Shown here piece after piece: positions 9,108-16,408 of a stretch of DNA of 64,000 nucleotides. A program made the position numbers and the translations under genes. Under the pieces are notes generated by a model. It had not been told where the DNA came from. It searched no databases and saw only the letters and a program-made list of their open reading frames with translations. Origin of the DNA: Nitrosopumilus sp. (lineage in GTDB: Archaea; Thermoproteota; Nitrososphaeria; Nitrososphaerales; Nitrosopumilaceae). Every line of letters starts with the position of its first letter. The stretch's first letter is position 1. Location: contig OY759726.1 in NCBI GenBank assembly GCA_963662625.1, positions 1,184,001-1,248,000 of the forward strand, read 5' to 3'.

Positions 9108-9605
9108 ATGCCAAAGGCAAGCGTGCTGCTGCTGTTGGTCGGCGGGATACTGGGGCTGGGGATAACGCTCTCGTTCTACGGCAACCAGGCCCTCTTCGAG
9201 GATCTGGCCGACGGGGGAGGCGACGTCAGGCCTGGGGAGAAGCTCGAGGTCAGGGCGGAACTGGAGCGGTCAGACGAGGGCGGGATCTACGCGATCCAGG
9301 TGGAAGATCCCGACGGGGGGCCGGTCTCAGTGCGGGTACTGGATCCCGGGGGCGCCGAGGTGGGCTCCGGCCTTGTCGGCGGCGAACTGTTCGAGGGGAG
9401 GTTCGCGGTGGACTCCGACGGCGCCTACACGCTGGTCGCAAGGAACGACGGGACGGGCCCAGTCAAGGTCTTCGCCGTGATGGGGCCGGAACCCGACGCG
9501 GGCACGAAGTCGTTGGGGTTCGTCTCGCTGTACGTGCTGGTCATAGGGCTGCTGGGCATGGCCGGCGTGGCGATCTTCGCGGTTAGGAACAGGAAGCGGC
9601 CCTAG
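9108..9605 (+). CDS. Hypothetical membrane protein (N- and C-terminal TM, central beta domain)
   Basis: 165-aa ORF with hydrophobic termini; TTTAAA element about 25 bp upstream. Confidence 0.8.
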   Translation: MPKASVLLLLVGGILGLGITLSFYGNQALFEDLADGGGDVRPGEKLEVRAELERSDEGGIYAIQVEDPDGGPVSVRVLDPGGAEVGSGLVGGELFEGRFAVDSDGAYTLVARNDGTGPVKVFAVMGPEPDAGTKSLGFVSLYVLVIGLLGMAGVAIFAVRNRKRP

Positions 9606-9907
9606 TTCAGGTAGCTGTCCATCTTCTCCAGGCCGCCGATCGCGGAGTCGAAATCCTCGCCCTCGACTATCCCAGCCAGCATCTCGGTGTTTGCCGAAAA
9701 GTAGGCCTTCCCGCCGTCGAGCCTCTGGATCACGAACCCCGTCTCTACCAGGTACCCGAGCCTCTGCCGGACGTCGTCCTCGGTGGTGGAGGCGGCACTT
9801 GCCAAAAACGAGCATTCCTTCTCGCCGTCCTCCAGCTCCGCGATGACGGCCGAAGTCACTGGATCAAACATGCAGTCGACCACCTTGTCCCTGTCAAAGT
9901 CGGGCAT
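9602..9907 (-). CDS. Small winged-helix (ArsR-like) protein
   Basis: 101 aa; LGYLVETGFV...KAYF wHTH-like pattern; TTAAAT upstream. Confidence 0.7.
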   Translation of the reverse strand: MPDFDRDKVVDCMFDPVTSAVIAELEDGEKECSFLASAASTTEDDVRQRLGYLVETGFVIQRLDGGKAYFSANTEMLAGIVEGEDFDSAIGGLEKMDSYLN

Positions 9908-10037
9908 CCTCTTGGAGGGGCGGGGAGGGAATTTAAGAATTTCCAGTCAGGGCGGGCACGGGCCCCGGATCGCGCAGTCGGCGCCGCCTGGGTCACGGGT
10001 GCTTGTGCACCAATAAGGTAATTAGTAAACCCCCCCC

Positions 10038-10199
10038 ATGCAACCCATGCAGAAACTGTGCGAGGGGGACGCCTCCGGGAGGGGGCAGCACTGCTTCTGC
10101 ATGGAGGTCGACCCCAGGAGCGGGGTGCGGAAGTGCTGCAGGTGCAACAGGTGGAACATCCAGGGGCGGGACTGGACAGACGACTCTGACTTCCGGTGA
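10038..10199 (+). CDS. Small Cys/His-rich putative metal-binding protein (53 aa), not in ORF track
   Basis: MQPMQKLCEGDASGRGQHCFCMEVDPRSGVRKCCRCNRWNIQGRDWTDDSDFR*; GC3-rich codons; AT-rich promoter-like stretch at 10012-10029. Confidence 0.65.
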   Translation: MQPMQKLCEGDASGRGQHCFCMEVDPRSGVRKCCRCNRWNIQGRDWTDDSDFR

Positions 10200-10263
10200 T
10201 CCCGCGCAATACCGCGGTTCCTACCGCGATATCGCGAAAACACGCGCGATCGCGCGAGCCATG

Positions 10264-10293
10264 CCTAATAGTCTGTTGCCTAATAGTCTGTTG
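10264..10293. repeat. 15-bp tandem duplication CCTAATAGTCTGTTG x2
   Basis: Exact copies at 10264-10278 and 10279-10293, directly at the IS110 left junction. Confidence 0.95.
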
Positions 10294-10329
10294 AACACAT
10301 GATAACCACCCAGGCGTAGTTGCCCCGAT

Positions 10330-10443
10330 GGATCGACCCCTGGTAGCGCGTGGGCCTGGCGCCCTTTCTGTTGAATGGGGCAATCCGAGCTGCTGTGTCA
10401 CTGGGCTTCGCGCCCTGATAGGTGTGTGCAGCTTCCGATCCGT
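10330..10443 (+). ncRNA. Candidate IS110 bridge RNA (target-binding and donor-binding loops)
   Basis: Two parallel modules GGGC-N5-GCCC-T-N-[7-nt guide]: TCTGTTG (10367-10373) matches the target flank and ATAGGTG (10418-10424) matches the right end plus core; outer stems CCCC/GGGG and AGCTGC/GCAGCT; structure deduced by eye. Confidence 0.7.
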
Positions 10444-10473
10444 CAGACATCCGAAAGGAGGTGATAGGAAAGG

Positions 10474-11565
10474 ATGAGAAAGACAAGCATAGGGATAGAC
10501 ATAGGGAAGAGAAAGTGCGACGCGTGCGTGGTGGACGGGAACGGGAAGGTTCTCGAGAGGGGGCAGTACCCCAACACCCGGGACGGCGCGGCGAAGTTCG
10601 CAGGGGTGATGGCGCGCAGGTACCTGGGCGGCGGCCCCTGCAGGGCCGCCTGCGAGACGACTGGCAACATGTGGAACAAGACGTTTGACGCCTTCGAGGC
10701 GGCCGGGATCGACATCAAACTGGCCAACACGTACAAGATGGCCCTGATAGCCAGGACCGCCAAGAAGACCGACAGGATTGACGCAGAGAAGATAGCGCAG
10801 GTGCTGAGGATGGACATGATACCGGAGTGCTACGTCCCCCCGGGCCACACCAGGGGGATACGCGCGATGGTCAGGCAGAGGGTGAGGCTGGTCCAGGACA
10901 GGACGCGCGTGATAAACCGCGTCCACAGCCTCCTGGACCGCCACGACATCCAAATGGACGCCTCCACCATGCACTCCGAAAAGGCCTTGGGGCAGCTGGA
11001 ATCTGCGGAGCTGGGCTCTGGGCACGACGGGTTGGTCCTGGGCCAGTGCGCCCGGCAGGTGAGGCACCTGACGGAGGAGATCTCCGTGACGGAGGGGCTC
11101 CTCGAGATGGAGGCCGCCCACAACGGTGACGCGAGGCTGCTGGCCAGCATGACCGGCGTCGGCACGTTCACCGCGGTGCTGATGGCCTCCGAGATCGGGG
11201 ACGTCTCCAGGTTCAGGGGGCCAAGGCAGATGGTGTCGTGGGCCGGGCTGTGCCCGGTGGTCTACCAGTCGGGGAACCAGCTGTACACGGGGAGGATCAA
11301 GAAGATCGACTCCAGCAGCCTGGTCAACTGGGCCATGTGCGAGGCCGCGAACACCGCCGTGCGGCACGACGCCAGGATGGAAGCCGTGTATGCGTCCGCG
11401 CGCCGGAGGCACGCGGACAAGCATGGGCCGGCAATCATAGTGGTGGCCCACAAGATGGTCACCATAATGTGGCACATGCTGACCACCAAGACACCCTACG
11501 AGTCCCGCAACGAGAGGCTGTACCGGCGCAAGCTGGCCAGGATGGAGAAGGCGCGCCGGGGGTGA
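10474..11565 (+). CDS. IS110-family recombinase/transposase (DEDD RuvC-like + Tnp20 domain)
   Basis: IGIDIGK, ACETTG, KKTDRIDA, MTGVG and GLCPVVYQSG (catalytic Ser) motifs; GGAGGTGA RBS upstream. Confidence 0.95.
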   Translation: MRKTSIGIDIGKRKCDACVVDGNGKVLERGQYPNTRDGAAKFAGVMARRYLGGGPCRAACETTGNMWNKTFDAFEAAGIDIKLANTYKMALIARTAKKTDRIDAEKIAQVLRMDMIPECYVPPGHTRGIRAMVRQRVRLVQDRTRVINRVHSLLDRHDIQMDASTMHSEKALGQLESAELGSGHDGLVLGQCARQVRHLTEEISVTEGLLEMEAAHNGDARLLASMTGVGTFTAVLMASEIGDVSRFRGPRQMVSWAGLCPVVYQSGNQLYTGRIKKIDSSSLVNWAMCEAANTAVRHDARMEAVYASARRRHADKHGPAIIVVAHKMVTIMWHMLTTKTPYESRNERLYRRKLARMEKARRG

Positions 11566-11609
11566 CCCCCCGCGCTGCCCGCATCCCGGATCGTCTTGCC
11601 AGCGCTAGC

Positions 11610-11616
11610 TATAAAT
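11610..11616 (+). promoter_or_regulatory. Outward-facing TATA box in the IS110 right end
   Basis: TATAAAT in an otherwise GC-rich end; predicted TSS about 11638. Confidence 0.5.
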
Positions 11617-11768
11617 CTCATGCCATGCAACCCAGTCACGGATCGGAAAAACCGCGGGATGCATTGCGGCAACTACGCCTGAGTGGTTAACATAGGTGCA
11701 CAACTGCCAGAAATTGCCGGGTCTAAACAGTTGAACCCCCGGCCCAACCATGTCAAACCGAAAAGGCC

Positions 11769-12911
11769 TTGGATCACGGCCGCGCACCGTCCCCGTTGGC
11801 TGCGACCGACAACGAGAAATACGTCAGGCGCGGGAGGGGCCTGGCTGTGTCGTATGACCCCGGCTGGGAGGACGACCTGAGGGAGGCCAACGCCGGCAAG
11901 GAGGGCGCCCCGTTCAGGTACGCCGGGGCGCTGGTCATGGCCGCCGCCGCGGTGAGGACCTCGCTCGGGGTCCAGTACAGGCAGCTGTCCGGGCTCCTCG
12001 CGGGGATGCTGGGGGGGCACGGCGCGCCGCACTACTCGGTGCTGGCCAGGAGGATGGCGCGCCTCGACGTGGACATCGGCGGGGGAGTCGTCCGCGTCTC
12101 CGGCGGCGGCCAGCCCATGACCCTGCTGGCCGACGCCACGGGCCTGAAGCAGTGCAACCGGGGCGAGTGGATACGGAAGAAGTGGAAGGTGAAGCGCGGG
12201 TTCGTCAAGCTGCACCTGCTGGCCGACGCCGACACGAAGAAGATACTCGCGGCGGTGGTGACCGACGACAGGACGGGCGACTCCCCCATGCTGAAGGAGC
12301 TCCTGGGAACCGTGGCGGGGCCGCGTGGCGGGAAGCCGGACGGGAAGCCGGCGGGGAAGCAGGGCGGGAAGCAGGACAGGCGCATGGCGCTGATCCGCGG
12401 GAAGGCAGCCGCGGCGGGGGATCCCCTGCCGCGCGTGGGCTCGCCCCCGCCCAACCTCCTCGCGAGCGGCGTGGCGCCGCTCGCGCTGCAGTGCGGCCAG
12501 CCGCCCGGCTCCCACGGGGCGCGCCTGATCGCGGACGGGGCGTACGCGTCGCGGGACAACATGCGGAGGTGCCGCGACATGGGCGTGGGGCCTATCATCC
12601 CGGTCAAGGTGGCGTCCACCGCCAGGGGCAAGGGCGCCGGCGGCGCGTGGGGCGAGGCGGTGCGGGACCAGCTGGGGGGCGGCCCGGAGGCGCGCGTCGA
12701 CAGGATGGGCACGAGGGAGAGGGAGGAGAACGTCCGGTACTGGAAGGCCAGGAAGGGGTACGGCAGGAGGTGGCTGATCGAGATAATCATATCGGCGTTC
12801 AAGAGGATGTTCGGGGACCACGTGCACTCGCGCAGGTGGGAGAACATCGTGCAGGAGGTAAGGCTCAGGGTGGCCCAGTACAACCGGTGGGCGGGGGAGG
12901 CGGGGGCGTAG
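11769..12911 (+). CDS. IS5-family DDE transposase (IS903-like group)
   Basis: LLADATGLK, KRGFVKLHLLAD, LIADGAY and YGRRWLIEIIISAFKRMFG motifs. Confidence 0.9.
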   Translation: MDHGRAPSPLAATDNEKYVRRGRGLAVSYDPGWEDDLREANAGKEGAPFRYAGALVMAAAAVRTSLGVQYRQLSGLLAGMLGGHGAPHYSVLARRMARLDVDIGGGVVRVSGGGQPMTLLADATGLKQCNRGEWIRKKWKVKRGFVKLHLLADADTKKILAAVVTDDRTGDSPMLKELLGTVAGPRGGKPDGKPAGKQGGKQDRRMALIRGKAAAAGDPLPRVGSPPPNLLASGVAPLALQCGQPPGSHGARLIADGAYASRDNMRRCRDMGVGPIIPVKVASTARGKGAGGAWGEAVRDQLGGGPEARVDRMGTREREENVRYWKARKGYGRRWLIEIIISAFKRMFGDHVHSRRWENIVQEVRLRVAQYNRWAGEAGA

Positions 12912-13019
12912 GGACTCCAAGCGGCACGGCCTGGCCACGGCCCGGGGATCGTGCCGAGTTGTGCAACAGACTAATGCCTAAGCATGGTTTTTATCGGGGT
13001 AACTGAGAATTTTGGTCAC

Positions 13020-13595
13020 TTGAGCGCTCAGGAATACAGGCACATAGTCAGGATAGTGGGAAACGACATCCCGGGGGCCAAAAAGGTCGTGGTCGGCCTG
13101 ACCCAGATCAAGGGGATCGGGCACAACTTTGCCACCGCGGTGCTGGACGTGCTGAAAATTGACGTCAATTCCAACGTCGGCTTTCTGACGGAGCCGCAGG
13201 TACATGCCATCGAAAAGCTGATCACCGATCCAAAGTCTGCCAACTTTCCCGCATGGTTCCTGAACCGGAGAAAGGACATCGATACGGGAAACGACATGCA
13301 CCTGCTCACGTCTGACATCCCGTTCACGCTGAGAAACGACATCGAGCGTGAGAGGGTCACCAACAGCTGGAGGGGGTACCGGCACCTGTACGGCCTCAAG
13401 GTCAGGGGGCAGAGGACCCGGACCACCGGAAGAAAGGGCGGCGCGGTAGGCGTCGCAAAGGGCGGCAAGGCCGCACCAGTAAAACCATCAAAGCCTGGCG
13501 CGCTGGCGTCGCCTACGGGGGAGGCCGTGGCCGAACAGGGGACTCCGGCTAAGGCAGAGGGCGAGAAGGCGGCCCCGGAGGAGACTACGTCGTAG
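13020..13595 (+). CDS. rps13: 30S ribosomal protein uS13
   Basis: IKGIGH...NRRKD...[22 protein letters not shown]; TTG start at 13020 downstream of TTTTTAT. Confidence 0.97.
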   Translation: MSAQEYRHIVRIVGNDIPGAKKVVVGLTQIKGIGHNFATAVLDVLKIDVNSNVGFLTEPQVHAIEKLITDPKSANFPAWFLNRRKDIDTGNDMHLLTSDIPFTLRNDIERERVTNSWRGYRHLYGLKVRGQRTRTTGRKGGAVGVAKGGKAAPVKPSKPGALASPTGEAVAEQGTPAKAEGEKAAPEETTS

Positions 13596-13605
13596 GTGGC
13601 CGTGG

Positions 13606-14601
13606 ATGGGAGATCCAAAATACCCGCGGCGCGTGTGGAAGAAACCGAAGAGGCCCCTGAACTATGAACTAAAGATGGACGAGCTGAAGACGCTCGGCAC
13701 GTTTGGGCTCAGGACAAAGAGGGAGCTGTGGAAGGCGCACACGGAGCTGTCCCGCGTAAGGCACCAGGCACGGTCGCTGCTTGCGCTGAGGCAGGAGATA
13801 AGGCAGGAGAAAGAGCCGATCCTGATGAGGTCGCTCGCAAGAATCGGGCTGGTCAGCGGAGACGCGACCCTGGACGACGTGTTGAACCTGCAGGTAAACG
13901 ACCTGCTTTCCCGCAGGTTGCAGACGATAGTGTCGAGGAAGCTGGGGTTTCAAACCCCGTACCAGGCAAGGCAGGCTGTCGTGCACGGCCACATAATGAT
14001 CGGGGACAGGAAGGTAACCATCCCGTCATACACCGTGACACTGGAAGAGGAAGACGCGATTCGTTTTTCCCCGGAATCCACGATTGCGGAGATGTTGGAA
14101 AAGCACAAAAAGTCAACTGAGGAACCTGCAGAGGCCGCGCCAGAGACGCCGGCAGAGGCCGCGCCAGAGACGCCGGCAGAGGCCGCGCCAGAGACGCCGG
14201 CAGAGGCCGCGCCAGAGACGCCGGCAGAGGCCGCGCCAGAGACGCCGGCAGAGGCCGCGCCAGAGACGCCGGCAGAGGCCGCGCCAGAGACGCCGGCAGA
14301 GGCCGCGCCAGAGACGCCGGCAGAGGCCGCGCCAGAGACGCCGGCAGAGGCCGCGCCAGAGACGCCGGCAGAGGCCGCGCCAGAGACGCCGGCAGAGGCC
14401 GCGCCAGAGACGCCGGCAGAGGCCGCGCCAGAGACGCCGGCAGAGGCCGCGCCAGAGACGCCGGCAGAGGCCGCGCCAGAGACGCCGGCAGAGGCCGCGC
14501 CAGAGACGCCGGCAGAGGCCGCGCCAGAGACGCCGGCAGAGGCCGCGCCAGAGACGCCGGCAGAGGAGAGTAAACAGGACGACAAGCCTTCACCGAACTA
14601 A
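13606..14601 (+). CDS. rps4: 30S ribosomal protein uS4 with long acidic repeat tail
   Basis: MGDPKYPRRVW...RRLQT...QARQAVVHGHI; C-terminal (PAEAAPET)n. Confidence 0.97.
   Translation: MGDPKYPRRVWKKPKRPLNYELKMDELKTLGTFGLRTKRELWKAHTELSRVRHQARSLLALRQEIRQEKEPILMRSLARIGLVSGDATLDDVLNLQVNDLLSRRLQTIVSRKLGFQTPYQARQAVVHGHIMIGDRKVTIPSYTVTLEEEDAIRFSPESTIAEMLEKHKKSTEEPAEAAPETPAEAAPETPAEAAPETPAEAAPETPAEAAPETPAEAAPETPAEAAPETPAEAAPETPAEAAPETPAEAAPETPAEAAPETPAEAAPETPAEAAPETPAEAAPETPAEAAPETPAEAAPETPAEAAPETPAEAAPETPAEESKQDDKPSPN
14128..14565 (+). repeat. Perfect 24-bp tandem repeat x18 (GCAGAGGCCGCGCCAGAGACGCCG)
   Basis: Identical units with no spacers, in frame within rps4. Confidence 0.97.
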
Positions 14602-14650
14602 CTACAAGGAAAGATTATCAACAAATAGCCCCAAAAAGAAGAGTTTAACC

Positions 14651-16408
14651 ATGTGTTCAATCATAGGCTATTCCGGAAAAAACACCGCGGCGCCAATTCT
14701 GGTCAAGGGACTAAAGCGGATGGAATACCGCGGGTATGACAGCGTGGGGGTGGCCACGGAGTCAGGCAACCGGATCGAACTGAAAAAGGGGACGGGCAAG
14801 GTACACGAGGTCAACGCCAGGCTCAAGCTAACGGTACTGCCGGGCAAGGTGGGGATAGGCCACACGCGGTGGGCAACACACGGAAGCATAACGGACTCCA
14901 ACGCGCACCCGCACCAGAGCAATTCCGGACGGATCGCAATAGTCCACAACGGGATAGTAGAGAATTTTGAAGAGCTGAGGGCCGGATTGAAAGACAGTGG
15001 GTACCGGTTCAAGAGCGACACGGACAGCGAGGTCATCGCCAACCTCTTGCAAAAAAACCACGAGGAATGCGGTGACGTCAAGCAGGCGATGCTCAAGACC
15101 GTGTCGGAGCTAAAGGGCCACTACTCGTTCGTGGCCATGTTCGAAGGCGGCCAGCTGGCCGCGGCGAGGTTCCACGAGCCGCTCATAATAGGGCTGGGCC
15201 GGGGGGGCTACTTCCTGTCAAGCGACGTGCTCGGGTTCATCGAGCAGACGGACGACGCGATTTACATCGACAGCATGAACCTGGCGATCGTGGACGGGGG
15301 GAGGCTGGAGATCGTCGACTTTGACGGCAACGAGGTGGCCCATGACGCCACCAAGGTCTCAAAGGAATTCGCCGACGCGTACAAGGGGGAATACGCGCAC
15401 TTTACCCTGAAGGAGATCTCCGAGCAGCCCGAAATCATCCTGAGGGCCAGCGAGGACGCTGACGCGAGCCTCAAAAAGGCAGCCGCCCTGATCAAAAGCT
15501 CCGGCAACGTCTTCATCACGGGCAGTGGCACCAGTTACAACGCCGCGCTGATCGGAAGGCAGCTGTTCTCAAAGTATGCCAAGATCAAGGCCGAGCCCGT
15601 GATTTCGAGCGAGCTGCCGTTCCTGTCGGAAGTGATAGAGCCCCGCTCCGCCCTGATTGCCATCTCGCAGAGCGGCGAAAGCGCGGACGTCCTTGAGGCG
15701 GTAAGCATCGCAAAAAAAGCCGACTGCACGATAATCTCCATAGTGAACCACCTCACGTCGTCCCTCGCCAGGGAGTCGGACGTGGTGGTGGGGATGAACT
15801 GCGGGCCGGAGATAGGGGTAGCCGCGACGAAGAGCTTCACGGCGCAGATAGCAATCCTATACAAGTTCCTGCAGGAAATGACCAGCGGGCTCGGGATAGA
15901 CTTTGCGGAAATCTCGGGGGCGGTCTCGGAGATACTGGAGGACCAGTCCGTGATCAAGGAGATCGCAGGCAGCATCAAGGAGATCACCGACATCTACGTG
16001 CTGGGACGGGGGATCCACTACCCAATCGCGATGGAGTCGGCCCTGAAGCTAAAGGAGCTGACGTACATCCACGCCGAAGGCATCGCAGGCGGGGAACTGA
16101 AGCACGGCCCGCTCGCGCTGATGGATCCCGACGTGTTTGTAGTATTCATCAACCCCGACGACTCGACATACGCCGACACGATAATAAGCGCGCGGGAGAT
16201 AAAGGCCAGGGGCGCGAAGGTCATCGGGATATCGGACGTAGAGAGCGACGTATACGACTACTGGATCCGGATTCCCAAGACGGGGAACCTGGCATACGTG
16301 ATCACCGAGATAGTGCCAGTCCAGCTGCTGTCGTACTACGCCGCGCTGAAAAAAGACACGGATCCCGACTACCCGAGGAACCTGGCAAAGTCAGTCACCG
16401 TCAAATGA
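14651..16408 (+). CDS. glmS: Glutamine--fructose-6-phosphate transaminase (isomerizing)
   Basis: MCSIIG N-terminal Cys; EYRGYDS, GHTRWATHG, SQSGE and PRNLAKSVTV motifs. Confidence 0.97.
   Translation: MCSIIGYSGKNTAAPILVKGLKRMEYRGYDSVGVATESGNRIELKKGTGKVHEVNARLKLTVLPGKVGIGHTRWATHGSITDSNAHPHQSNSGRIAIVHNGIVENFEELRAGLKDSGYRFKSDTDSEVIANLLQKNHEECGDVKQAMLKTVSELKGHYSFVAMFEGGQLAAARFHEPLIIGLGRGGYFLSSDVLGFIEQTDDAIYIDSMNLAIVDGGRLEIVDFDGNEVAHDATKVSKEFADAYKGEYAHFTLKEISEQPEIILRASEDADASLKKAAALIKSSGNVFITGSGTSYNAALIGRQLFSKYAKIKAEPVISSELPFLSEVIEPRSALIAISQSGESADVLEAVSIAKKADCTIISIVNHLTSSLARESDVVVGMNCGPEIGVAATKSFTAQIAILYKFLQEMTSGLGIDFAEISGAVSEILEDQSVIKEIAGSIKEITDIYVLGRGIHYPIAMESALKLKELTYIHAEGIAGGELKHGPLALMDPDVFVVFINPDDSTYADTIISAREIKARGAKVIGISDVESDVYDYWIRIPKTGNLAYVITEIVPVQLLSYYAALKKDTDPDYPRNLAKSVTVK

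Larger units (their letters stand above)
10292..11698 (+). mobile_element. IS110-family element bounded by TG core dinucleotides, with 26-bp subterminal inverted repeats
   Basis: TG at 10292-10293 and 11697-11698; IRs at 10299-10324 and 11668-11693 (24/26 identical); left boundary independently confirmed by the relic copy at 46217. Confidence 0.9.
10261..12981 (+). mobile_element. IS5-family element with 8-bp TSD, left TIR interrupted by an IS110 element
   Basis: TSD ATGCCTAA at 10261-10268 and 12974-12981; right TIR AGTTGTGCAACAGACTA at 12957-12973; left TIR TAGTCTGTTG (10284-10293) + CACAACT (11699-11705) rejoins to a perfect 17/17 match. Confidence 0.9.

Noticed and set aside
10447-10463. 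AGGTGA near the transposase start as a second donor guide
   Set aside because: It is more simply explained as the GGAGGTGA ribosome-binding site
14128-14565. 24-bp repeat as a CRISPR array
   Set aside because: There are no spacers and no cas genes; it is a head-to-tail in-frame repeat within rps4
14084-14650. Arg/Gln-rich N-terminal extension on GlmS (774-aa ORF)
   Set aside because: This is an alternative-frame read of the rps4 repeat; GlmS needs Cys at position 2, which gives the start at 14651
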